A stretch of DNA of 62,658 nt, counting the filler. It is 7 parts of 7 records of this genome, joined end to end, with 100 filler letters (N's around TTAATTAATTAA, not from the genome) between each part and the next. Parts side by side here need not be neighbours in the genome. Positions count along the whole stretch, not along the records: positions 1 to 14,339 come from DRR378314_2433; positions 14,440 to 27,539 come from DRR378314_2434; 5 more parts are not named here. One strand, written 5' to 3'. Position numbers and translations under genes: made by a program. This document shows positions 11,244 to 24,510 of the stretch, in pieces; position 1 is the first letter of the stretch; each line of letters begins with the position of its first letter. The notes beneath the pieces were generated by a model that did no database searches, had not been told where the DNA came from, and saw only the letters and a list, made by a program, of their open reading frames with translations.

Positions 11244-13899
11244 ATGTCGGAGCAAGAGCCTTCCCCGCCCTCTTCGCCGACATCCTCCTCATCCTCGCGT
11301 CAAAAAATGTCGATAACGGCAGCAGCGCACAATGTATTACACAAGACGGGTGGGCCGGGCGGTATTGAAACGGTATGCTAGAGCGGGAGTGGTTTCGTTG
11401 CGGCTGGCGCTGCTGCCGTTTCGAGCGCTGAGCAGCCCGCGAAACCTTGCGCAGGACAGCGCTTGCTGCAGGTTGGAGTCGCGCAAAGCTGTCCGTTGCG
11501 CTGGCTTTCTCTGTTGGATTTTCGCCTGCTTTTTATTCTCACTGGACTATACATAACCGATGTATTGGTCATGTTTATATGAACGGTATTGGCTTTATAT
11601 TTAGCATAAGCTCGCATGGAAGTGCCCAAACGGCGGGTGGGGAGGAAACGTTGGCCGGCGCACGCGGATGCAGCTTTAGTGCAAGAGCAGTACTTGCCGG
11701 GCCCCCGCGCTGTGCTCTTGCGGCGCTGTCTTCAGGCTGCTCGGTTTATTTCGTGCGGGCGCGCATAGTGCCGAAGGAAAATAGGAGAGCCTGTGGACAT
11801 ACTTGATTGGCGCATACCATGCATATGCGCGATTCTACTTGGTCTGCACAGCTTGACTGAGAAAGAGGGAGCACCGGGAGAGTTCTTTCCACGTCCTGTG
11901 CGTCACGAGCGGCTGCTTCGCCTGGGCGTATGCTTGTGCTTCTCCGTGTGCTTAGCTAACCGAGCGAACCGAGTCTGCTGCGCTCCAAACGTGCCGCCCT
12001 GCCACTCGGGCGCACCTGGATTTGGGGGAGCGTCCAAACACCATGGTGTCCTACTTTTCTTGATCACCTGTGGGCTTACTGCGGAAGCGTCGCTTTATTT
12101 TCGCGGCACTTTCTTCTCCAGTGGGTGGAAGCAGGATCGTCGTACGACAAGGCGCAGACGCCTCTACACGTTTGGTCGAAGAGCGACTTGTTTGAGCGCC
12201 ATCACAACACCAGCAAGGTATGTTGCCAACTGCGTTTACGCCCGCAACTCTGCCCTGGTGTGCATGATCCGTATCACCAGGTCACGGCTGTGCTAATACA
12301 GTATCGATCAGGATGATTTGCGTGTGCTGGGGAATGCGTGCATTTGCACGGCTAGGAGCTCGCGTTTCCGCGCAACCGCTTTTGCTGTGCTCGTTCGTGG
12401 GCACGCGAGCGCGGTGCTGTTGTTGAGAATCGCGGCGTGTACTTGTGCATATCAGCCCGACCGTTGGTAAGGCTCGCGTTGACGGTTTCCTTACGATGCG
12501 TCCGCGTAATCACAGTTTCTTCGTGAGCTTCTTGGGACAGATGCGGCGATTCGGTACGTGTGCATTTCGATGCCAGCATAGCCGTGGCAGTCCCGTGGTT
12601 CGGCGAGGTAGCTGCCTTTGATGAGTTTGCGCCTTGTCTGTCGCCGCCGCTGCACCAGCTCCGGAACTGCTCAGAGCAGCGCGGGCGCTGCGCGGTTGCG
12701 AATTAGATGGCTGCGTAACCCACGCTTGTAAACCGAGTGGGGTCGAGTTGTGTTCGGTGTCTCTGTGGCTGCTGTGGCGGTTGCAGTCCTTCTGTTCGTA
12801 CTGCACAGAATCCTACGAAGCCGCCTTTTGGCTGAGCGTATAGGGTCGGCCAAAGGCACAGTATGTTGCACGCGTCGCTTGGAGGAGTTGGCCGCGAACA
12901 TTCTTCTGCGCCAATCTACGATTTGCGATCCGTGTTTCTCCTGTTGGTTACATTGCTAACTTGCTACCTGCTTGCTTTTTTTTTCCGGATTTTGTTGCAG
13001 TGCGTTCAACGCGGTGAGTCCACCCTCGACACAGATTGGGCTCGCGCTCGCGAATGTTGCCGATGCGTACGAGGTACGGTCGCTGCTCTGCCAGCTGTCC
13101 GCTGCGCTGCTTGCAGATGTGGCTCGCGCGTTGCTTGACTACGGCCGCCTCCCGTTGATGCCTTCCACATGGACGGGCGGGCTCCCTGAGCCTTGCGCGC
13201 TTTCGTATTACCAGAGTTGCTGCTTCGCTTTGTTTTGTATTGTGGTGTTTTGCCCGGGTGCGTGGTTGCTAGGTTAGTGACGGAGAGGCGGGTGCTTTGT
13301 GCTGCCTGCCTTGTCACCGCTTAGGGTGCACGCCGTGGCTGTAAGTTCGTTTGTCGTCGTGTGTTGGGGAGCTTGAGCACACTTCGTCGCAGGGCAGGCT
13401 CTGCCAGCTTGCTTCGCTGCGGAGCCGGTCCCGGGTGGGTCGAGGTCGCACTACGACCGCACCATTGCGAACGGTTTGCCCCGCTTTCGCCCAGTACGGA
13501 AGACACATATCCCGATCGTTGAATATGTACAACGTAGTTGACGCTATTGTGCTGCTCTGCATTTTTTGTTATTATTTTCTTCGCAGTGCTCGCTGTATGT
13601 GATACGGGAGCTTGTGCATGCCGAGTTTGATGCACGCGCGCATGCGCCGCAGACGATTCTCCGGACGGACTGTCTTGCGTCGCGTGTGATCCGATTCTAC
13701 GTTGGAGAGCAAAGTCAGTACGTTTCGTTATCTTTCGACCTTCCATATTCGTACATGCCTTGCGCTGCGACAGCTGGGAGGTACTCAACCGGCTGCTCTT
13801 TCTTCGGGGTCTGGATCGTTTGGCGACAGGGGGTATCTACGATTCTGCGTGGGGAAGTATGTTGCACAGCTTACTTCGGAGGAGTTCCCGACGATGGAG
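11244..13899 (+). CDS. RasGAP-domain protein (neurofibromin GRD-like), spliced, 3' part missing at the contig end
   Basis: Exons 11244-11372, 12122-12217, 12516-12553, 13001-13073, 13495-13533 (weak donor), 13587-13717 and 13830-13899 splice in phase to ...QIGLALANVADAYEYGRHISRSLNMYNCSLYVIRELVHAEFDARAHAPQTILRTDCLASRVIRFYVGEQSQGYLRFCVGKYVAQLTSEEFPTME. This parallels the NF1 GRD segment IAMALANV...QTLFRGNSLASK...YL. Confidence 0.75.
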
Positions 13900-14339
13900 G
13901 TATGTTTGTGTCGGCTGCATTTGTTTTTATCGCGATAGGTGAATGCTGTTGTCGAGACACTGGCGCTGCACGAGCCACGGGGGAAGCTGATCACGCTTTG
14001 GGCTGTGCATCGCACGTGCTTGAGAGGCAGACTGCACTGTGAAGGGAGAGCAGAGCGCGCTGGCGGTGGCTGGTACGCGGGTTGGCAGGCGCGCGCCTCT
14101 TGTAAGGCGAGAAAGATTAGCTGTGATCCAACCGTACGTTGTGTCTTGCGAAGGCTTTTTCTTTCCTTTGCACTCGGACGTTGGTAGGTCGCGCGATCTC
14201 GCTGGGTAAACCTTTTACTTTGTCGTTCACATTCAAAGTAGGAACATGGGGGGGCGCTTCGTGCTGCACTGGCGGCCGAGTGTCGTGCTGTGAGACGGGT
14301 CGCTGACGCCACCGAAAGTTGAGCAATCATCCTTTATTG

Positions 14340-14439
14340 NNNNNNNNNNNNNNNNNNNNNNNNNNNNNNNNNNNNNNNNNNNNTTAATTAATTAANNNNN
14401 NNNNNNNNNNNNNNNNNNNNNNNNNNNNNNNNNNNNNNN
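14340..14439. other. Artificial contig-joining linker
   Basis: 44 N + TTAATTAATTAA + 44 N. Confidence 0.99.
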
Positions 14440-14847
14440 TTGATTAGGAATGGCGAATCACCAGGCAAAATCATGGCGGACGAAGGCGCCAAAGCATGCT
14501 GAGTAGTTGGGCAGAGAGGAACGAGAATCTTCATTATGAGAAGGCTGATTGTTCGTTGGCGCAAATACGTCTTTGGACGGGGCCGGTAGTTGCTTGTGGA
14601 GCTTGCCGGGAAGTTTGCAGCTCCTCGTGCTGTCTTCTCGTCTTGCTGCTGCGGTGGGATATCATAGCAAACTATTTCAATGCAGAAAGCGTCAACATGG
14701 GGGCATTCATTGAACGATGTCGTAGAGAAGCGGAGACCTGCCCAAGCACTCGCTTTGCTGCGGAATGCAAAATTTCTTGAGGAATCTTTTTGGTTCGAGA
14801 TCTCACTTCATTTTCGCAAAGAAGCAAAATTTGTACCTACTGCACGC

Positions 14848-16653
14848 TCAACCCGAATTCTCCTGGGGTGCGGCTGCCATTGCCTTGATCTCGATGAGAA
14901 TGTTTGGGTGAGGAAGCTGCAATAACGATTTGCATGGAATGGGACGAGGATCGCACAGAATCAGGGAAGAAGTCCAGCAGCAACACAAAACACACATTGA
15001 TCCGCGAGGGCAACGAGGTTTGCTATCGCGTTGCTCCTCGGCTTCTTTCTTCACCACAGTTTCGCTGCGGAACGAGATGGCCACACGTTTCCGCATAGCA
15101 GCCAAAGAGGGCGCCAGGCAAGAAAGGACAAGATACTCCTATGCTGTGCACGAGCAAGCATCAGCAATCCCAAGTTAGGTAGTGCGCAAGTCGCTCGAAG
15201 TTGCCACAACCCGTACATCAAACCACAACTGCGTAACTCTTCTAGCTCCCACAGAGCAAGCAGCCCATCTCTTCGCAACGAACATATCGTACAAAGAGGA
15301 AAACAGCGCGAAAGCCAGCGCTGGGAGCAAACAGGAAAGGCGTATCGGCCAACAGAGAAAGCACCTGCGCCTTTCTGCGGCACGGACATTGCTCAGGCGT
15401 TCCGCCGGCACCTCAAGGGCAGCAGTCCAGAAACCTTACCTCTTTCACTGCCACACACGTGCGAGTTGGACCGTTCGAAGCGTCAAAATACTCGTTGTAT
15501 ACCGCATTCATCTTGCCATAGTCGCTCATGTTGATTAAGAATACGGTGAGATCCACTACGTGGCTGAGGTCGGCACCAGCCTTGTGCGGACAACGGTGAG
15601 GACACACAGCGACAAGGACGGTCGAGCACGGACGGTGGGAAATTGGGGAAACAAAACCGGGATCTAGGCCTTATGATACATGGAGAATTTCGGATCAGAC
15701 GTAGAAGAGCTCCGCATACCCACAGCTTTTTCAATGGCACGGTCACGCTGCGCTGCGGATCGACAGAAGCAAGCAAGCCTAGCGCGACCCGGTTGGCTGA
15801 ACCGCTGGCAATACTTGCGCGGGCGGGGCTGCGCTGGCGGTGGCGACTCTTGCGTATGCGTTCGCCTAGCATGGGCTCTCTCTCTCACCCCTCCACTCTC
15901 TAATATGCGTGCACGACCAGAAATCACGCACTTGCGTGGATTACGAACCTCGCGTAAGATGAGCTCTAAGTTCTGGATGCACGCGCGCGTTTGCTGGGCT
16001 ACATCCAGCACCCACGTGCCGTCGGCGGGGTTCTTCTCGGCGCCGACGTGCCCGCTGTTGTCAGCGCGACGAGAAGAGATTCCGCTGACAAAGAGAAAAC
16101 CCCCTTGCAGACGAATGACATACGTGTAGCACGGAATACAATCGGAATGAGGGAATAGAGGAAGAAGAAGAAGAAGGTAGAGTTCCGCACGCGATCTTTC
16201 TGCTTGCTAGAGACAAGCGAAGGACACCGCATTTTCGTTCGCTTGCGCGCCAATGCGGACACCGCGGTCTTTCCCTCCCTGTCGGAAAGCGGCAGTTGCG
16301 CGCGCACTCGGACCGCACCGCGCCCGCGCCCGTTCTATCGCGTGGGAAGCCGTGGCGCAAACCAGGCCTTGTTCACTGACTGCCCATGGATGCACGTGCC
16401 ATAGTGCGACTTTGATGCATAGCCTCAGCGCAGCAATGCATGTGCGACACGAGTCCACGTCAAGAACCAGAACGGCCGAGGCGCTTAGGCAGCGACAGAT
16501 GCGGCGCGCTGCGCCTGCCTGTTGCCGCTTGTGCGCTCGTGGAAACGGCCGGCGGTGCTGCGGACCTGTTTTCCGCATGTGCGGATAGTTGGCAAGGGAG
16601 GGGGCGCCGCCAACGCGTGTGTACGCAATCCCATTCGGTTTAGTTCCGCTCAT
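14848..16653 (-). CDS. RidA/YjgF-family protein, 2-aminomuconate deaminase (AmnD/NbaF)-like, 4 exons
   Basis: Exons 16653-16566, 16103-15949, 15580-15440 and 14916-14848 give MSGTKPNG...[25 protein letters not shown]...LDVAQQTRACIQNLELILREAGADLSHVVDLTVFLINMSDY...[37 protein letters not shown]...*. Confidence 0.88.
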
Positions 16654-17194
16654 CTTGCAGTAGATAAACAGTTTCCTTCGTGGCTTGTAGCCGGCAACTC
16701 GGACAGGCCCGACGTGACGCGGATACGAAGACGGTAGCTTTGCGCCTGCGCGTCGTTCCTCTTGTGCACGCACGTGCGCCTCCATCTGGCGGTGTTGCAG
16801 GACATGAACCCCTGCGCCGTTTCGCAGCCACATTACTTTACGATCCTTCTTTTTTTCACCCGGGCACAGTAAACGTCGAACACCATAGTACCCCACACCG
16901 CAGTTCTCGTTCCGTGCACATGGTGTCGAAGACTCGAATTTTAATAGGGACGTCTGTAGTAACCCTAGTTAGAGCACACAACATCTTGGACGCACGCGCG
17001 CCGTCTTCGGCTTCCGAGCTGGCGCATTCGCGCGCAGGAACCGACTCCTGTTGCGCGCTGCTCTCGCTTTGGTCCAGCGCGTCCACGTAGCGCAGTGATG
17101 TACTGACTCGCTTGCCGTCATCTGCGCCCTCTCTTGCAGTTTGACACACAAAGTATTGGTGTATTTTCCAGTGTCGTGTCATAGTTGAGTTTTC

Positions 17195-18992
17195 ATGGAT
17201 CTTCGACCAGGACCGGCGAGGACTGCGGTTCAGCTTGTGCTCGCAGTGTGCGCCAGCGGTGTCCTCATCGCAGCGGCAGTGGCGCTCGGCGGTCCTGCGC
17301 ACCCCGCTTCACAACAGCTTGCTTCTCCGCTCGAGCTCGTCGCACAGGCAGGTGCCATCTTTGCCATCTTCCAAACTATTCTAGGTGCGATATTGCCTTG
17401 CCGTCAACATTTACGCACTCCGTGTAAGGGGCGAGTAATGACCTCCGTCGGCGCCGTGCGCTCGCTTTTGTGGACCGTACCGTGCTTTCGTGCTCTGCGT
17501 TTCGCGGCGCTGAACCGGAGGACTCGCTGCCGCCTTTGTGCTGGGGAAAGACGTGTCCTGAAACTGACGACACGCAATCCCCGTGATTCTGTTTTCAACT
17601 TGTAGAGTATGTGATACTTTCATGTGATGCACTTTCACCAGCCGTCGCAGCGGACCACGGGCAGCCTGGCTGTACCGGCCGTATTTGGTCGCTGTGCACC
17701 ACGCTCCGCCAGCGCGTGGAAGTATTGCTGGTAAGCGGAAAGGGCTTTGTACGATCGCACTGCTTGTACGCTTATGACTGCCTATGCCTGCGTTGGCGTG
17801 GAATGGATCAGCGATATGTTAGCACTATTGCTACGAAAGAAAGAGCGTTCTGCGCATGTCAAGCAATCCCGCCTTTTCTCTACTCGAGCCGTGCGTGGGC
17901 CATTGGGCGACGATACCGCTGACGTTGCCGCCACTGCTTCGCTCTGTGATGCTTGCCGTGGCAGCATGTTGCGCTGGGCATGGCTGCTGTATCCATGGTG
18001 GCATTTGCAGCCGTTTGGCTGTTTGGATGTACGGCTTCGCGGACGCTTTGCGGTGTTTCTCTTGCAGGTCTAGTTGTGCAAGTTGTCCACGCGTACGTTC
18101 TCTTGCAATACTGGCGGAAATGCGCAGTACCCGACAGTACAGCTACCGTGCCTGTGAAGTACCGGACCTTCCTCGGCCGCCAGGTATGTGCCGTGAGCTC
18201 TTGCAACTATGATCTTCTTCATCACAAATCGCTGATCATGGATGCTCGTTGCCGTTGACATCCAAGCCGGAAAGGCACGAGGGCAGTGCGCATAGCTGGC
18301 GGGCAGTGCGGGTACGGTTCCGAATAGTCTCGCTGTTCCGGTTTCTACGCATTTGCACGCAAACGCGCACGTCCGCGTGCGCCCTCTCTCGCAACGTTGA
18401 CCCCACCTCTGGATTTCGATTTCTTTCTTTCGCATGGTGTATCTTCGATGCAGTATTCGCAGTCAGGTGCGTTGTAAACCCGTACGGCGCGCGGCTTCCT
18501 GGGGAGTGTATCGGTTGGACAGCGCACGATTCTTCGTGTTCGCCTCCTTTGGGACTGGCAAGTCTTCCGCAAGCGTCAGCGTCCCTGGGCTCTATCGTTC
18601 TGCTCTACTTCTTGTGGAGGTTTCTTATGTAACTTGATGCGAAAAATGCTAGGATGAACTGTTTTTCTTTCGCAAAGAAGGGTATATAGCGATGGTTATT
18701 GTTTGCACGCCGTGCGTTTCTTTGTTCGTTGCTAAACACCCTGTCCAACGCTGTCTTGCTCGAATTGCTCCGCAGCGAATTCGTGGCTGCTGCTGGACGA
18801 CCGGGCAAACGTAGATCCCGAGTCGTTTTAAAACCTGAGGATGCCCCATGCACTGGGTTTGTCCTTGAGATTTATACGCTGCTTCTTCTTGCGCGCGCGC
18901 ACACATGCGGTATTTCTCTGCTCGTGTCCCTTCGCTCATTTCCTTTCTAGCTGCGCTTGTGCGCGGCGTACGGGCGTCCTCTGGATCTCTAG
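17195..18992 (+). CDS. Putative small spliced membrane protein, function unknown; exon structure uncertain
   Basis: Hydrophobic exon-like blocks bounded by AG/GT near 17195-17384, 17606-17730 and 18068-18183 (AVQLVLAVCASGVLIAAAV; LVVQVVHAYVLLQYW). The phases could not all be reconciled. Confidence 0.3.
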
Positions 18993-19183
18993 CGTCACTC
19001 GAGTCAATATTCCCTGTTTCCTCTCTGTACATCACCATCACAACCATACAATACACGCTAATTAGGGTCACTCGAAAAACCCATTCCAGCTGTGTGACCC
19101 TTGAAGCATGCACGCCGTCGCGTTCAACCTGCACGCACTGCAGGGCGCGTTTCCTCTTCGCCGCTCATAGCGCGAGGGAAAAC

Positions 19184-22100
19184 ATGGGAGACGTAGATAG
19201 TATCGGAGACACAGAAAGTGTCTGCACGCAAGATGCGAATCGTATGCTGCGAACTCTGGTGGACTGCCACATGGCGATCGCTGAGCTCCAGGGCGACGGC
19301 TTCGGCTCGTTTCGCGACCAGTTCCGTGGTATGCTCGCGACGCACGCAACAGACCGGTGCGCGCTGTTTTGTTTGGGGCACCCGGGGAAATTATTGCGCG
19401 TGTATGGGTTCGTAAGGTTTCGTCGTTATGTCTCGTCTTGCGTAGCTTCAATTTCTTCGCTGCCGTATGTGCACTTTGGAAACCTCAGGGCGTTGCATGC
19501 GCTTCCGTGCGAGTGCGCGCGCTGCTACTCTCTATCCCGCCCGCGCGCTCGTTGCAGCCAACGGCCACCGCGCTCGCAACGCGCCCGCACGCGCACTCTC
19601 ACCCACCATACATGCGCATCCTCGGCCACCGTCACCGCGAGACGTGCCGAGTACACGTGCTCTCTCAAGATATGGCGTGTGTATCCTTAGATGAGCGTTG
19701 CCCGGCATTTTGTGCGTCTGGACTGATCTGCGTTTCGTTGCGGTGCGGTAGGGCCTCGTTTCGCGTGCGGCACGCCGGGACGGTCGCAGCGCGCCTGACA
19801 CCCGCACCGTCCGCACGCACCGACGCTGCGGTGACCGTCGCGCACACTCGCTCAATTGCGACGCATCGCGCTCTTTCTCATCGCCAAGCGATACCCTTCG
19901 TACTTTGCCCGGTGTATGGGAATATATATTGCTTGATTGTACTTCTATTTTGTACTCCTGCTTTCCTCTGTGTTGCTGCAACGTACCGGGGGAAGGGATA
20001 GTATTCCAATACCACTCGTGCGTGAGCACAGCGTTGCGGCGCGTGGGAGGGAGCTGTGGCGCTCCGTCTCGCGGCACGGCACCAGCGCAGTGCTGCCGTA
20101 CGACAGGCCGTGCGCCAGCAATACCGGGTGCTGCTTTTTCTTCTTTGCAGCAGTACCAATTGTGTAGTCCTCATGTTACTTGCTATGGGGTGCTCTCCGT
20201 GGACTGTGCGTGCAGAGTCGAGCGATTCGTTGTTCATGGTCGGCGAGCGTCCTCCTGGGAAAGTAGCGTACACATGGTTCAGCCGCGAGGCGCAGCCGCG
20301 GTACATGCTCGCCAAGTTCGACGAAGAAGACACCGAGTACTTCCGCGCCTGGGTACGGCACAGGACGACAGTTACACCCGTGTACTCTGCGTTCTCATAG
20401 TGTATAGGATAGTGCAGCTGTAACTCCAATGGACTTGCGGAGTGGACTTGTTCAGCCTGCTCCGCAGGTGGTCGGCTGTGGCACCGTCGCGGAGCGTTCG
20501 CACACGCAGCGTCGCGGGAAGCGGCGCAAGGGGTCGCTCTCTGCAACAATGCGTGCGTGTATCCGAGGACTTCACGTTTTTTTTTCGCTCGCTTTAGAGC
20601 ATAGAAAATGTGTACCCACATGCATCCATATGCGCTTGGGCGCGGTTCTCCCTCGTACCTCGCGTGCGTGCTCGGCGTTTCTTCGATACGCGCACGAGCC
20701 CTACGCCTTTAGAACGTCTTCATACTCTACAGCTGCACATGTGCGCCTGTCCATGGACGCGTACGATTCCTTTCGATTCGTAAGTAAGCTGCGTACGGTA
20801 GAAAAGTTGAAGCGTACGAACCTCGTGTTGTTCCTCGCCAATTCGCTCATGTGCCTACGTGCGTTGGTGTTCCCCTTCCAGCGCGAGTTCATTGCGGAAG
20901 CGCGAGCCAATGCGCAGAAGGAAATCGACGACTACGCGCGCCGACTGCAGCGATTGCTTCGCATGTTGCGCGAGGAGCGTATGTACCGCGCGGACGCCAT
21001 CTTACAGCTTGCAGAGATGCGTGAAAGAATCCGTAACCTCCGCGAACGCGCTGAAGACCTCAGTGATCGCGCTGCACAGTCGGAGCGCAGGCGCAAGCTG
21101 CTGGAGATGGAAGTGAAGAGTGCGCGGTCGCTGACCGTTCGCGGAAGAGAGGCGGTTGAAGCGATGATTCGGTTCCGGAACCTGTGGCACGAAAACGATG
21201 GCGCACACGCCACGGTATGTTACGCGCTGAAGCGTTTTCGTTTCCACATGCCCTGACTGAGCGTGTGGTATGCGTGGTGTGTCTCTGTGTTGTCTTTGTG
21301 CGGCGCTTGTGCTTTGCTTTGGTAGTATGAACACGGATGCGAGGCTTGGATGCGGAGTGTCCGTTACAGGAGCCACGCGCGGTGTCTGGCCTTGTACGCG
21401 CCTGATGCGCGCCACCACCACCGTACTCGGCCCGCGTACGCTCCGCGATACGCACGCACTGCTTCGTAGTCGTACAAGAGCGATACCGTACTTCCTCTGG
21501 CGTACCTTCAACGGGAGTGTGCTGCTTGAGCGAGAGGAAACCTCTTGCTTGCGCGGTCTGCTCGGTGCCCGGACGACTGCGTGCGGTGCTGCGCTGGTGC
21601 GGTGACTCCGGTACATGGCGCGTGCGCTCGTCGTTGCTGCCATACTGAAATGCGCGCTCTCCCATCCCGCCGCATCGCCGTACTCGACCGTACTTGGATC
21701 TGGATCGTGTGCTGTCACTCCCGCGTGGGACGTGCGGTATGTCCGGCAGACCACTCGCGCTTACGGTAGTTGTTTCTTGCGTTCTGGTTCCTTGTACAGC
21801 TGGACGAGCGAACGAATCGCCTGTGGAACTTCTTCCGCGATCCAGACGGGACACTTGCACAGTTCCGTGATCCGCCCCCTCGGCCGGACAATCCGTTCCT
21901 GGCGCAGTGCGTGGACGACATCAATGCGGCCCTTGTACAGAACGAGGCAGACGCACTTCGGTGTAAAGCAGTGTTCAAACGTGAAGAGGATCAGCATACG
22001 GCCCGCAAGATTGTATTCCACATTCTTGCCACTTATATCGGTGAGTAGGATGCGCGGTTGCGCGCGCGCACAGACACAGCACAGCGTTGCACCAGCGCAG

Positions 22101-23955
22101 AGCGAGCGCAGCGCTGCCAGGCGCGCGGCGATAGCGCGGGCAGCGGGTCTTCTACCGCGGTGTGCGATGTCGTCCGCGCCGCGGGTTGTCCGCAAGCAAT
22201 CCAGGCGATGACAACAGCGCTGCGGCACCCGCCGCTCAGGACGCGCTCACCTCGCCCTGCGCAACGCTGTGGGTACGGAAACACAAGGCGCTCATGAACG
22301 CTCTATGTACCTATGGTACCTGTTCGTGCAGAGGAACTGGTTGTCGTGTATCGTACATTTGTATTTGGCAGCGTGAAGATGGTGGACGCAGCGGAGGCGG
22401 TGGCGCGGTCCTCGTCCACCCTCAGCGGCCTGCGTATGGATCTTCATCACTTTCTCCTCTTTGTCAAGCAGTGCCGCGCAGTAACGAAGCATGCGCCGCT
22501 AGGTACGTCGATTGCGTTTGCTGTCTCCTGCGATGCGCGAGTTCCTCTGCTGTCCGCCCCTCCAGCACGCATCGAGGACGAGGGGGGCGCCCCTCAACTC
22601 CCCATCGACCTCGCTCACGACGGCGCTGGATGCGGGTGCTGGCGTGCTTTTTCCGGTACCCTATGCCGTTGTGATGCAGTGCGGTACAACAAAGCGTGGA
22701 GTGCAGAGGCAAAGGGGGTCGGGCTCGACATCGAGCGGTTTCTGTGCACTGTCGTGCGCGTGGCGTGTATCCGGTTCCCTTGGAGCACGCCTGCCGTCTC
22801 CGTGTTACACTTCATCGCCGATGCGGTACTGCCGTACGGAGGTACGCCTCGTCGGGGAACCCTGACACAACACGCAATGCTCCTCCCTTGTGCAGAGCGC
22901 GCTGCGAGTGCGGACGCTCGCGCGGGAAACCGCCGCGCGACGGAGGGCCGCGTGCGCCTGGGGAGGAGGAAGGCGCGTTCGCACCCGTGCCTGCGTGCTG
23001 CGCGTCGTGTCGCTTCTTCATCGTTCATGCTTGTGCGGCGTGGTTTTGTGCAGGTTTGGCGTGCGGGCTGCTGATGCGACGACAGATGAAGTATCCCGAT
23101 GTGCAGGTACTGCTCGCGCACACGCCGCGGCGGCCCGCGAGAGCGGACGCTTGCGGCTCGCTCCGCACCGCCATGCAAACCGCCACCAGGCGCCAGCCAC
23201 TGTCATTTGTGTGTCACCAAGCGCTTGCTGTGGTGATCGTTGTCCCGGCGGGCGCCTATCGTCCTCTGTGGAGCCGCTTTCGCACTGCTGTGGCGACTTC
23301 CTACTCGCCCCAGACGCGGCGGCGCGCTCGTCTTGACGTTTATGTGCGCCTTGTCCTGGTCTGGTGCGCACTGCGTTCGTAGGCTTGCTTTGCGACGTAC
23401 GCAGAAGTGATTCAGTCGCTATTTGACGATGTGGCCAATCGAGACCACGGTCGTGACGGCACTGTGGTTACGCTACAGCAGTTTATGCGCCTGCTGCAGG
23501 AGCACGGCATCCTTGGGAGGCGACTGTCGATCGGTAGCGCAGTGTCCGCCTGTGTGGAGAGCATCCCTGTCCGCGACAGCACAGACCTCGCGGTACGCTC
23601 CGGTTGCGCGCGCCATATCATCGCAAAAGCGGTTGCGACGCAGCGCGCGCCTTGTCGCTCGGCGACAGGAGCGTTGCGCGCACCAGCTCGCGCCGCCGGT
23701 GCAAGTCTTCCCCGTGGAGACTGGCGCCATAGATGTCGCACCGCTTTAGATTTGCACTTCTTTCTGGGCGTGAGTCATTACGACTGCTGACTTGCGTTCT
23801 ATTTCTTCGTCAATGTGTGTGTGTAGTTGGAATTCGAGCCGTTCATGGAGGCGCTCGCACGCGTTGCTGCACTCTACGTCGACGACGGAACGGCAACAGG
23901 GGTGCGAAGAAAAGTGGAGAAATTATTCACCAAGATGAAACTGATTCGCCCGTGA
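19184..23955 (+). CDS. Uncharacterised multi-exon protein with a coiled coil and a C-terminal EF-hand-like helical region reminiscent of RSPH10B/flagellar proteins
   Basis: Clear exons at 20882-21214 (coiled coil), 21800-22040, 22332-22502 (MDLHHFLLFVKQC), about 23400-23590 (VTLQQFMRLLQEHGIL) and terminal 23827-23955 (LEFEPFMEALARVAALY...RP*). The 5' exons and the linkage into a single gene are tentative. Confidence 0.45.
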
Positions 23956-24510
23956 TTGCTGTGCACGTCCTTCGCTACTGAGTTAGCGGCGCGTATAAAG
24001 GACCAAGGAGATCGATCTGTGTGTATTGTATGACTCGCAGTGCATTCCACGCTCCTAGGTTTTCCACCTCCGTTGTCGTAGTCCCTCTGGTTGCGCAAGT
24101 GGCTCTCGTTCCCTCGCGGATTCGTTCCTCCGCTGCGCCTGTGAGTACGCAAGTGTGCGCCAACGAGAGCCGCGGCATTGAAGTGGCACAGTGCTGGAGA
24201 TGTGGGACATATCATTTTTTTTGTATATCGCATAAGCGCTACCGGTACGCGCAATGGGCCGGCCGGCGCACGTATTCCCGAGCGTACGGGAGTGGAACGA
24301 ATCGAAACGTGCCGTCGCGCTTGAGGGGACCGTAAAGCCTCAACAAATGAAAGCGCCTGCAATGCGGACACACTCGCGAAAAAGCAACACTTTATTGCGC
24401 ACGAACACAGCTCTCTCTATTTCTCTCTTGTTCTCTCTTTCTGTGGAACGCCCATTGCGTGCGGATGCCATGACAGAGAGACTTCCCATCAGTACAGCGG
24501 AGGAACATCC

